From Limisphaerales bacterium (GTDB lineage: Bacteria > Verrucomicrobiota > Verrucomicrobiia > Limisphaerales > CANJXF01): a DNA stretch of 44,482 nt. Positions 8,697 through 16,840 of the stretch are shown piece by piece. Made by a program: the position numbers and the translations under genes. The notes beneath the pieces were generated by a model. The model did no database searches. It saw nothing but the letters and a program-made list of their open reading frames with translations, and was not told where the DNA came from. Each line of letters starts with the position of its first letter. Positions within the stretch are counted from its first letter, which is position 1. The DNA is taken from positions 1 through 44,482 of the forward strand of contig JBKJOZ010000220.1 in assembly GCA_046595315.1 (NCBI GenBank), written 5' to 3'.

Positions 8697-9964
8697 GCAG
8701 AAGTTTTTTTCGATTTCTCTCCAGCCGCAATGAGTTTGGAAGCGAGTGCCGCCGCGCGTTTTGCATTTTGATCCCAAGTGAAGTTTGAGTGAATTTCTTT
8801 CGACGCTGATTGGCCGAGTTGAGCGCGCAATTTTGGTTCCGCGAGCAGTCGCTGGCATGTCGCCACCAACTCTCCAAGATCGCCCGGTGGATAGAGCAAT
8901 CCAGTTTTGCCTGGCTTCACGATTTCAGAAATTTGCCCAAGATCAGCGCAAACCACTGCGACGCCGCACGCCATGTATTCAAAAAGTTTCAGAGGCGAAA
9001 AATAAAAATCATGTTCAGGTTTCGAATACGGCGCGAGCGCAATGTCGAATTGCCGGATGAGCGCGGGCATTTGTTCATGCGGCAAAAGTCCGGTGAACAC
9101 CACGTGCTTGAGTAGGTTCCGCTTTTTAAATTCCGTTTTGAGTTCGGAACGCAACGGTCCTTCGCCCGCGATAACGAGTTGGAGCGCCGGAGATTTTTTC
9201 ACAAGTTTCTCCAGCAAGCGCGGAAAAATTTGAACTCCATGCCACGGGCGCAAGTTGCCGATAAAGCCGAGAACGGGGCCGTCGCCCAAGCCAAATTGGC
9301 GGCGCAAATTTTCATCGCGGGGTGCGGGTTTGAAAATTTCTGGATTCACTCCGTTGGGAAAAACATGAACGCGACTCGGTTTTGCGCCGAGCGAAAGAAC
9401 ATGTTCGCGAAGTTTGGTTGAGACGGTGAGCACGGCATCAGCGCGAGTGAGCGTCCATTGCTCGGCTTGTGCGACGAGTTTCTCGAAACCGGTCGCGCGA
9501 TAGGTTGCTTGTTCCAGAGCAAGGGGCGCGTTGAGTTCGGTGAGCAACGGAATTTTGAGTGCGGCGGCGAGCGAAACTCCCGCTGTGCCGTAGAGCGAGG
9601 CGCGTTCGTAAATAAAATCCGGCGGATCATTTTCAAAGCGGCGCAGGAGATCGTCGCTGAATTCTTTGTTGTGCAAAATGCGACGCAGTTCTCCGGGAAT
9701 GGAATTCTCGACGCCCAACGTTTCGTTAAATTCTTTCAACGCCATGATTGCGGAAAGAGATTGTGACGGCGGGCGAATTTGCAGAACCGGAACGTCGAGA
9801 GTAGCCGGTTTTTCCCACGGCGATTTGTTTAAAACGGTCGCGGCCAAAATGACGTTGTGTCCGGCGCGGCCAAAGGCGCGCACCATTTCGCGGACGTGCA
9901 CGGCGGCACCTTTGCCCCCCAAAACGGGAATTCCTGAGTCGGGACAAAGGTAAAGAATTTTCAT
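8693..9964 (-). CDS. Glycosyltransferase family 4
   Basis: MKILYLCPDSGIPVLGGKGAAVHVREMVRAFGRAGHNV (GT-B N-domain) plus FSPLKLFEYMACGVAVVCADLGQISEIV (GT4 C-domain). The ATG at 9964 (M55 of the track ORF) overlaps the ABC gene stop as ATGA. Confidence 0.7.
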   Translation of the reverse strand: MKILYLCPDSGIPVLGGKGAAVHVREMVRAFGRAGHNVILAATVLNKSPWEKPATLDVPVLQIRPPSQSLSAIMALKEFNETLGVENSIPGELRRILHNKEFSDDLLRRFENDPPDFIYERASLYGTAGVSLAAALKIPLLTELNAPLALEQATYRATGFEKLVAQAEQWTLTRADAVLTVSTKLREHVLSLGAKPSRVHVFPNGVNPEIFKPAPRDENLRRQFGLGDGPVLGFIGNLRPWHGVQIFPRLLEKLVKKSPALQLVIAGEGPLRSELKTEFKKRNLLKHVVFTGLLPHEQMPALIRQFDIALAPYSKPEHDFYFSPLKLFEYMACGVAVVCADLGQISEIVKPGKTGLLYPPGDLGELVATCQRLLAEPKLRAQLGQSASKEIHSNFTWDQNAKRAAALASKLIAAGEKSKKTSA

Positions 9965-11820
9965 GGCGTAGTTAATTCTGTGATGACTTCGGACTGCGGA
10001 GTGGAGCGACCACGGGATTGCGATTCGCGATACATCGCGGCGTAGCGTCCGTTTAACTTGCACAAAGTTTCGTGCTGGCCGCGTTCGATGATTCGACCGT
10101 TTTCGAGATAAAGAATTAAATCGCAACGGGTGGCATGTTCCAGATCGTGCGTGATGAAAAATGTGGTTTGGTTTTCGTAAAGATTTTCCAACGCTTGCAA
10201 CACAGCGGTTTCATTTTTTTTGTCCAGACCGGTGGTCGGCTCGTCCAAAATTAAAATGGGCGCTTTGCGAATGGCGGCGCGGGCGATGGCGATGCGTTGG
10301 CGTTGTCCGTGGGAAAGTGTGACGCCGCGTTCACCCAAAACGGTGTCGTAACCTTGCGGTAAATTTTCGATGAACTCATGGGCGTTGGCCAAACGCGCGG
10401 CGGCCATAATTTGTTCGAGCGACGATTGCGGTGCGCCGTAAGCAATGTTGTCGCGGACGCTGGCGGCAAATAAAATGTTGTCCTGCAAGACGACGCTAAT
10501 TTGCGCGCGCAACGATTCCAAAGTGAATTTGCGAATGTCTTGTCCATCAATGAGGACGCTGCCTTGGATGGGATCGTAGAGGCGCAAAATCAAGCTGACC
10601 AAAGTGGATTTGCCGCCGCCGGACGGGCCGACGAGCGCGATGTGTTGGCCGGGTTGAATTTCCAATTTTATTTCGTTGAGCAAATCCTGGCCGTGTTCGT
10701 AAGCGAAGGTGACATTTTCAAAATTTACCTGGCCGCGAAAATTCGGCGCGCGGATGGCGTCGGGAAGGTCACGCACGTCGGGGACGCGTTCGAGCAAATC
10801 AATGACGCGTTCGCCGGCGGCGGAGGCTTTGGCCATGCGGCCGGCGTATTTGGCAAAATCCTGGACTGGCCGATACGCGGATTTCAGGTAGGCGAGAAAA
10901 ACCAACAGGTCGCCCGGAGAAATTTCGTGAGTGAGCACGAGGCGCGTTCCATACCAAAGCACCAACGCAGTGGCGACGGCGACGAGGACATCGACGGTTC
11001 GTTCTAGCGCGGCGGAAAGACGTTTGCCTTTCACGTCTTCGCTCATGTTGCGTTCGCTTTCGTTGGAGAAGGCAAGCGCAAAAGTTTTTTCGAGCGAGAG
11101 CGCTTGCACAGTTCGGATGGCGTTGAAACTTTCGGCGGCGGTGGAAGCCATCGCACCTTCCTGGCGGCGTTGTTTTTTGGCGATTTCCTGAATGCGGCGT
11201 GTGAGGGAAATGGTGCGCAGCCAAAACAACGGCAAAACGCAAATGGCGCAAAGAGCGAGTTGCCATTTCAAAAAAAACATCAGGCCGATCATGCCGATGA
11301 CGATCAAGCCTTTCGCGACGGTCGGGAGCAGCGCGGTGACGGCGACATCTTGCAACATTCCAACATCGCTCATCATGCGGACAACGAGATCACCGGTTTT
11401 AGATTTGGTGTGAAATGAGAGTGAGAGGAATTGAATGTGGCAATAAAGTTGGTTGCGAATTTTCCTCAGAACGCGATTGCCGATCTGGGCGAAGCCGATG
11501 GTTTGATAATAGGAAACCAGCGCGCGCAAACTGGTGATGACGACGATGCTGATCGCGGCAATGGCGAGCAAGGTCATTGGAGTAAATTGATCAAACCATG
11601 CGGTGATCCAGTGCGGGGCGCGATTTTTTCCGGTGCCGATGACGCGGTCGAAAACAAATTTCAGCGGCCACGGTTCGAGGAGTCTAAGGCCGACTTCGAC
11701 GAAAAGTGCGGCCATCGAGGTAATGATGAGACCGCGATATTGGCGCGCGTGCGGCCAGAAATATTTCGAGATGCGCCACAAGCTCGGCAGACTTTCCGGA
11801 AATTTTTTCGGAGACGCCAT
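9961..11820 (-). CDS. ABC exporter, fused permease/ATPase (MsbA-like half transporter)
   Basis: N-terminal ~300 aa with six hydrophobic segments. Walker A GPSGGGKST, ABC signature LSHGQRQRIAIARA, Walker B ILILDEPT and H-loop FFITHD are all present. Confidence 0.85.
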   Translation of the reverse strand: MASPKKFPESLPSLWRISKYFWPHARQYRGLIITSMAALFVEVGLRLLEPWPLKFVFDRVIGTGKNRAPHWITAWFDQFTPMTLLAIAAISIVVITSLRALVSYYQTIGFAQIGNRVLRKIRNQLYCHIQFLSLSFHTKSKTGDLVVRMMSDVGMLQDVAVTALLPTVAKGLIVIGMIGLMFFLKWQLALCAICVLPLFWLRTISLTRRIQEIAKKQRRQEGAMASTAAESFNAIRTVQALSLEKTFALAFSNESERNMSEDVKGKRLSAALERTVDVLVAVATALVLWYGTRLVLTHEISPGDLLVFLAYLKSAYRPVQDFAKYAGRMAKASAAGERVIDLLERVPDVRDLPDAIRAPNFRGQVNFENVTFAYEHGQDLLNEIKLEIQPGQHIALVGPSGGGKSTLVSLILRLYDPIQGSVLIDGQDIRKFTLESLRAQISVVLQDNILFAASVRDNIAYGAPQSSLEQIMAAARLANAHEFIENLPQGYDTVLGERGVTLSHGQRQRIAIARAAIRKAPILILDEPTTGLDKKNETAVLQALENLYENQTTFFITHDLEHATRCDLILYLENGRIIERGQHETLCKLNGRYAAMYRESQSRGRSTPQSEVITELTTP

Positions 11821-11823
11821 GAG

Positions 11824-13050
11824 CTACGAAACCATGCGAATTATTTTTTCAGGCGACTCGACGTGTTGGTGGGCGAGCTGGAGTAAAAGTTGAGCGGCTT
11901 TTTTTGCGCCATCAAAGCGAAGGCGAGAGGGCGACTGGGCGGAGCGTTTTTGACGTGGTTCGCGCAGGGCGATTTGGATTTCGTGTTGGAGCGTTTGCGA
12001 ATTTAATTTCTCAGGATGAAGCGAGCGAAGCAGATTGAGGCGCTCGAAACATTCCGCGCGAATCAGTTGCTCGGAACGCGGATAAACGCGCGGCACACAA
12101 ATGGTCGGCACACCGAAAAACGCGCTTTCGGCCAGCGTGTTGTAGCCGCCCATGCAGACGAGCGCGTCAATTGATGGAAATAATCCCGACAGATCAGAGA
12201 GAAAAGTAAAGATGGGAATCCCGGCCTTGGCGGCGGACGCGTGGAGTTTTTCCAATTTAGTTTGGGGAATCATAGGGCCGGCGACAACGACTCCTTGCCA
12301 CGGGGCGTTGGTCGCGGCTTGAATAAAATTTTCCAAAAGCGTGAAGCCATCTTCTCCGCCGCCGGGGGTCGCGAGCACAATGGGACGTGAGCGATTTTTT
12401 AAAAGGGCGACTATGCCTGCGTCATTGCTTTCCTTGTGGCTGGCGGGGTTGACGATGTAGCCGCAAAAAGAAGTTTTTGCGGCGATGGTTTTAGGGAAAT
12501 CATATTCAGCAATGGGATCGAACACGGCGCGATCTCCGTAAATTAAAACCTGATCATAATTTTCGTCGATGCGTTCGAGCATGTTGTAAGGCGCCCATTC
12601 CTGGAGAACCGTCATGCGGTCATCCAAAATGTCGCGAAAGCCAAGGGCGGTGCGAGCGCCGTGGGAACGCGCAGCTTCGAGCGCAGCGCGAAATTCTCCT
12701 TTGGCACCGAACGGATGTTTGTCCACAAGCAGGACGGAGGGTCGGAAAGATTTGACAGTGGTGAGAAGAAGATCAGCGCGAAGCGAACGAATTTCTTCGA
12801 CTGTAATTTGTAACCGACGCGAACCATAAGAATCGTTTGCTAGTTTTCGCAGGCCCGGAAGTTTGAGCACTTCAACTTGTTCAGGAAGACCGAGCCGATT
12901 GACTTCATCCGCACCAGTGACAATGAGGATGGAACTTTTCGGCGTGAGTTCAGTCAAAGCACGCGCGACCGCAATGTGGCGTCGAGTATGTCCCAGCCCT
13001 AATCCGTCATGAGAATAAAGTAAGTAACGCATTCGATGCTGGGATAGCAA
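11824..13050 (-). CDS. MurG-fold (GT1/GT28-like, COG4671-like) glycosyltransferase
   Basis: N-terminal MRYLLYSHDGLGLGHTRRHIAVARAL (glycine-rich GLGH loop typical of this predicted GT family). The C-terminal half has ALVCMGGYNTLAESAFFGVP, similar to the GT28 C-terminal domain. The alternative start MRY is at 13032. The stop lies 3 nt before the ABC start. Confidence 0.55.
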   Translation of the reverse strand: MLSQHRMRYLLYSHDGLGLGHTRRHIAVARALTELTPKSSILIVTGADEVNRLGLPEQVEVLKLPGLRKLANDSYGSRRLQITVEEIRSLRADLLLTTVKSFRPSVLLVDKHPFGAKGEFRAALEAARSHGARTALGFRDILDDRMTVLQEWAPYNMLERIDENYDQVLIYGDRAVFDPIAEYDFPKTIAAKTSFCGYIVNPASHKESNDAGIVALLKNRSRPIVLATPGGGEDGFTLLENFIQAATNAPWQGVVVAGPMIPQTKLEKLHASAAKAGIPIFTFLSDLSGLFPSIDALVCMGGYNTLAESAFFGVPTICVPRVYPRSEQLIRAECFERLNLLRSLHPEKLNSQTLQHEIQIALREPRQKRSAQSPSRLRFDGAKKAAQLLLQLAHQHVESPEKIIRMVS

Positions 13051-13211
13051 TAAAGCAGCCAGTAAATAACAGAGCCGACCTCATGCCAACAGCACATTTG
13101 TTTGCTAATTTTTTCTAAAACTGGTGATTTTTGTTTATCGAATGACTCATTTTGCGACGACCGAATGAGTATGTCCTCTCAAGTTCACAGTTGGCAGTGC
13201 AGCTTTTCCCG

Positions 13212-13230
13212 TTCATGTTTTGAACATGAA
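13212..13230. promoter_or_regulatory. Perfect 8-bp inverted repeat, candidate operator upstream of the YfhO-like gene
   Basis: TTCATGTT-ttg-AACATGAA, lying ~50 nt upstream of the ATG at 13282 in the 231-bp divergent intergenic region. Confidence 0.25.
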
Positions 13231-13281
13231 TAGCCGAAAAATGGAGTAATTTCTTCCGGCCGGATTATTCGCGGAAAATTT

Positions 13282-15870
13282 ATGCAAACCAGTTCAATTG
13301 GAAAAAAGGCGTCGGGAAAAACGTTTGTCCTTTGCGCGATTCTGCTCCTGACCATTCTCTGCGTTCTTTTCCACAAAAGTTTTGATCCCAACCAGGTTCT
13401 TTTCGCCAATGACGCTCCGCTCGGCGCGATCAAGGCGACGATGAATACCTTGCCCGGAACGTTCACTGGTAATTGGCAGGACTTGAACTGGATTGGCGGC
13501 GAATCACCCAGCGCGTCGCCGAATATTTCCGCCTTCTTGGGAACCCTCGTTTCGCAGGAAGTGCTTATGAAAATTTACGCGCCGTTCACGATGCTTTTGC
13601 TCGGCTTGAGCGCGTGGCTTTGCTTTCGCGAACTCGGATTTCGTCCGCTGGTTTGCATCCTCGGCGGTTTGGCAGCGGGACTGAACATGCACGCTTTTTC
13701 CATCGCCTGCTGGGGGCTCGGCACTTGGGTTATTTCATTTGCCATGATGTTTCTGGCGATTGCCGCACTGGCCAGTCAATCGATCCGGCGCGGTTGGATT
13801 CGCGGAATCCTGGCGGGCGCGGCGGTCGGAGTTGGATTGATGGAAGGTTTCGATGTTGGCGCGATTAACAGTCTTTACGTGGCCGCGTTTGGGATTTTCG
13901 TTGGCGTGGCATTTGAAAGATTTTCCGGAAAAGTTTTGGCGAAATCCGCTGTGATCGTCGCGATTGTCGCCCTCTTTGCGGCCTTCACCGCAGCGCACAC
14001 CCTCTCGACTTTGATTGGCACGCAGGTCAAAGGGATCAACATGGCCCAGCAGGATGGAAAATCTAAAGATGAGCGTTGGATCTGGGCGACGCAATGGAGT
14101 TTGCCGAAAATGGAACTCCTGCGCGTGGTCATCCCCGGAATTTTCGGTTACCGGATGGTGGATGGCGAAAGTCAGCTCTACGAAAAATCTTATTGGGGCG
14201 CCGTCGCCCAGTCGCCCGGCTACGAACAAAGTCATCAAGGCCTCGCGCGCCACTCCGGCTCGGGAGAATATTCCGGAATTTTCGTCCTGCTCATCGCCAT
14301 CCTCGCCACCGCTCAATCGTTCCGAAAACAAAATAATCCCTTCAGCGCGATCGAAAAAAAATTCGTCTGGTTTTGGTCGGCCACGGCGTTGATTTCGCTG
14401 CTTCTCGCTTTGGGACGTCATGCGCCGTTTTACCAATTCGTTTTTGCGCTTCCGTATTTTTCCACCATCCGCAACCCCATTAAATTTTTACATCCCTTCC
14501 ATGTCGCGCTGCTGATTCTTTTCGGCTACGGGCTGGAATCGCTGGTGCGAACCTATTTTAACGACGCCATCGCCAAGGCCAATGCTGCTCGGAAATTTAC
14601 GGTTTCCGCCTTCGAAAAAAAATGGACTATTGCTGGCGGTCTGCTCCTGGGCGGCAGCCTTCTGGCCTGGATGGTTTACGTTTCGAAAAAGAAAAGCCTC
14701 ATCAGTTACCTCGAGAGATTTGATTTCCGGAGCGACATCGCTCCCAAAATCGCGGAGTTCAGTATCGGTGAAATGGGTTGGTTCGTTCTCTTTTTTGCCG
14801 CCTCCATCATTCTGCTCCTCCTAATTTTGCGTGGGAAATTTGTCGGAAAAATTAAACTGGCCGGAATTTTAATGGGCGCGCTGATCATTTTCGATTTGGC
14901 CCACGCCAACGTCCATTGGATTGTTTATCAAAATTACAAAGAAAAATACGCGAGCAATCCGATCATCGATCTTCTCAGGGAAAAACCATACGAACAGCGC
15001 GTCATGGTGTTTCCATTTCAGATCAACGACACCATGTCCTTTTTTCAGCAAAACGTTTATTACCTCGAATGGCTGCAACATCTTTTTCTTTATTACAACA
15101 TCCAGACGCTCGACGTCGCTCAAGAGCCTCGCGTTCCGGCGGACAAAGAAGCGTTTCTCACCGCGTTTCGTAAAGCAGGACTCAGCGGGCAAGTGCGCCT
15201 CTGGGAATTGACCAACGTCAGATATTTTCTCGGATTGAGCGGCGGATTTGCGGACTCGCTTAACCAGCAAATTGATCCCGCGCAAAAACGTTTTAAAGTC
15301 CACACTGCTTTTGCGGTCGGAAACTCCGGCGGGGCAGGGCGGTATGTGGTGCAGACCAATTTAACGGGTCAATTTGCGCTGATCGAATTCACGGGCGCAT
15401 TGCCGCGCGCCAAGCTTTACAGCCAGTGGCAAGTCGTCACGAATGACCCGAGCGCGCTCGAACAATTGGTCAATCCCGCATTCACCCCGGACAAAACCGT
15501 TTTGGTGGCCAATGAAATTCCGGCGGCACAAAATCTTGCGACGAATTCTGAGGCGGGTTCCGTTCAAATTATTGCCTACTCGCCGAAGCGGGTGGAGTTG
15601 AAGGCCAAAGCGGAGATGGCGTCAGTCTTGTTGCTCAACGATAAGTTTGATCCGAAATGGAAAGTGTTCGTGAATGGACAGGCAAAGCCGTTGCTGCGTT
15701 GCAATTTTATGATGCGTGGCGTGCAGCTGGAAAAAGGAGAACACAAAGTAGAATTCCGTTTCGAGCCGCCTCTGCAAACTTTGTATGTCAGTCTGACCGC
15801 TCTGGCCGCAGGACTTGGCCTCTGCGCTTTTGTCGCGTTCGGGCGAAAACGGAAAGATTCAGGAATTTAA
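13282..15870 (+). CDS. Large polytopic membrane protein, YfhO-like GT-C glycosyltransferase candidate
   Basis: 862 aa with more than 10 hydrophobic helices in the first ~560 aa, then a soluble domain and a final TM. The C-terminus KVFVNGQAKPLLRCNFMMRGVQLEKGEHKVEFRFEPP...LTALAAGLGLCAFVAF matches the characteristic YfhO tail (..NG....AN..fRgV.l..G.H.Vef.y.P + last TM). Confidence 0.55.
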   Translation: MQTSSIGKKASGKTFVLCAILLLTILCVLFHKSFDPNQVLFANDAPLGAIKATMNTLPGTFTGNWQDLNWIGGESPSASPNISAFLGTLVSQEVLMKIYAPFTMLLLGLSAWLCFRELGFRPLVCILGGLAAGLNMHAFSIACWGLGTWVISFAMMFLAIAALASQSIRRGWIRGILAGAAVGVGLMEGFDVGAINSLYVAAFGIFVGVAFERFSGKVLAKSAVIVAIVALFAAFTAAHTLSTLIGTQVKGINMAQQDGKSKDERWIWATQWSLPKMELLRVVIPGIFGYRMVDGESQLYEKSYWGAVAQSPGYEQSHQGLARHSGSGEYSGIFVLLIAILATAQSFRKQNNPFSAIEKKFVWFWSATALISLLLALGRHAPFYQFVFALPYFSTIRNPIKFLHPFHVALLILFGYGLESLVRTYFNDAIAKANAARKFTVSAFEKKWTIAGGLLLGGSLLAWMVYVSKKKSLISYLERFDFRSDIAPKIAEFSIGEMGWFVLFFAASIILLLLILRGKFVGKIKLAGILMGALIIFDLAHANVHWIVYQNYKEKYASNPIIDLLREKPYEQRVMVFPFQINDTMSFFQQNVYYLEWLQHLFLYYNIQTLDVAQEPRVPADKEAFLTAFRKAGLSGQVRLWELTNVRYFLGLSGGFADSLNQQIDPAQKRFKVHTAFAVGNSGGAGRYVVQTNLTGQFALIEFTGALPRAKLYSQWQVVTNDPSALEQLVNPAFTPDKTVLVANEIPAAQNLATNSEAGSVQIIAYSPKRVELKAKAEMASVLLLNDKFDPKWKVFVNGQAKPLLRCNFMMRGVQLEKGEHKVEFRFEPPLQTLYVSLTALAAGLGLCAFVAFGRKRKDSGI

Positions 15871-15905
15871 AACTCAGGAACTTTTCTTAATCGTGAGTTT
15901 CTCAT

Positions 15906-16667
15906 TCACAGTCCCGTCGGATGATCCAAAAACGTCCAAGGCAAATTAAATTTTTTCGAGAGATGTTGGGCGAGCGCCTTGACGCCAAAGGTTTCGGTCG
16001 CGTAATGGCCGCCGTAGAAAACATTTAATCCCGTTTCTTCCGCCAGCGCATAAGTCCAATGTGGCCCTTCCCCTGTGATAAACGTGTCCACCCCTTCGCT
16101 GGCCGCTTTTTTCAATTCACTGCCCGCGCCGCCCGTCACGATTCCGATGCGCTCGCACACTTCGGCGCCGCCCGGCAGTTCGATGGGCGTTTTGCCTAAA
16201 ATTTTTCCGAGCCGCCGCGATAATTCATTTCGCGTAATTTTTGTTTTGGTTTGGAGTCCAATAAATTGTTCTTTTGAGAAAAAAAATGGTTTCAAATTCT
16301 TGAATCCCAGCGCAGCGCAAAGTTGCGCGTTGTTGCCCAGCTGCGGATGCGCGTCCAGAGGCAGATGCGAACTGTAAACCGCCAAATTATTTTCAATAAG
16401 TAACCGGAGCATTTCGTGACGGCGACCTGTCCACGGATGCGTCGCGCTCCAAAACAAACCGTGATGCACGATGAGCAAATCGGCTTTCGCTGCGACCGCC
16501 ATTTGGATCGTGGCCAGACTGGCATCGACCGTCGCGGCGATTTTCGTTACCTGTCCGCGATTCTCGACTTGCAGCCCATTCGCCGCGCCGTCCCAGTCGT
16601 TAAATTTTTCCGTGCGCAAGATTTTCTCGCAATAAGTGACCACGGAAGACAACGAAGTTTTCGCCAT
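15906..16667 (-). CDS. Nif3-like dinuclear metal centre protein (GTP cyclohydrolase 1 type 2 family)
   Basis: 253 aa. ADLLIVHHGLFW (the HH metal ligands), LAVYSSHLPLDAH and TGEGPHWTYALAEE follow the NIF3/YbgI pattern. Confidence 0.7.
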   Translation of the reverse strand: MAKTSLSSVVTYCEKILRTEKFNDWDGAANGLQVENRGQVTKIAATVDASLATIQMAVAAKADLLIVHHGLFWSATHPWTGRRHEMLRLLIENNLAVYSSHLPLDAHPQLGNNAQLCAALGFKNLKPFFFSKEQFIGLQTKTKITRNELSRRLGKILGKTPIELPGGAEVCERIGIVTGGAGSELKKAASEGVDTFITGEGPHWTYALAEETGLNVFYGGHYATETFGVKALAQHLSKKFNLPWTFLDHPTGL

Positions 16668-16673
16668 GTGAAA

Positions 16674-16709
16674 AATCCTAATCTTAATCGTAATCTTAAT
16701 CCTAATCTT
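16674..16709. repeat. Tandem repeat: 6 x AATCNT hexamers = 3 x 12-mer AATC(C/G)TAATCTT
   Basis: The sequence aatcct aatctt aatcgt aatctt aatcct aatctt was read directly. It starts 7 nt upstream of the NIF3-like start codon, in the divergent NIF3-like/speA intergenic region. Confidence 0.9.
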
Positions 16710-16791
16710 TTTTGACGGAGCGAGATTAAGAGCCAGATTACGGCTGGGATTGAGAGTGAAAATAACGCCGCAAAATTTTTCATTCCGCGTA

Positions 16792-16819
16792 TTGAATTCT
16801 CGCGCAACGTTCGTATAGT
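16792..16819 (+). promoter_or_regulatory. Candidate sigma70-type promoter of speA
   Basis: TTGAAT (16792-16797), a 16-nt spacer, then TATAGT (16814-16819), lying 21 nt upstream of the speA ATG. Confidence 0.3.
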
Positions 16820-16840
16820 GCGGCGATTTGAAATTTTTAC

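Noticed and set aside
8697-8858. N-terminal extensions of track ORFs: 7620..8858, 8693..10126, 24310..25503, 25453..26766 and 34820..35602.
   Set aside because: The extensions overlap the upstream gene or the divergent promoter and look like junk. Internal ATGs give canonical N-termini (a GT4 start, a signal peptide, the radical SAM family N-terminus, a Tat signal) and 1-4 nt start/stop couplings.
16674-16709. Considered whether the short tandem repeat is a CRISPR array or a phase-variation microsatellite.
   Set aside because: The units are 6/12 nt with no spacers, so this is not a CRISPR array. The units are non-identical in a fixed pattern, which makes slipped-strand variation unlikely. 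It is reported instead as a candidate phased binding array.
16741-16760. UGAGA-containing stretch (ctgggattgagagtg) upstream of speA, considered as a possible TPP-riboswitch core.
   Set aside because: It lacks the rest of the THI-box (ACCUGAUCUGGAUAAUGCCAGCG-like segment) and the surrounding helices. It is better explained as part of the inverted GATT array.
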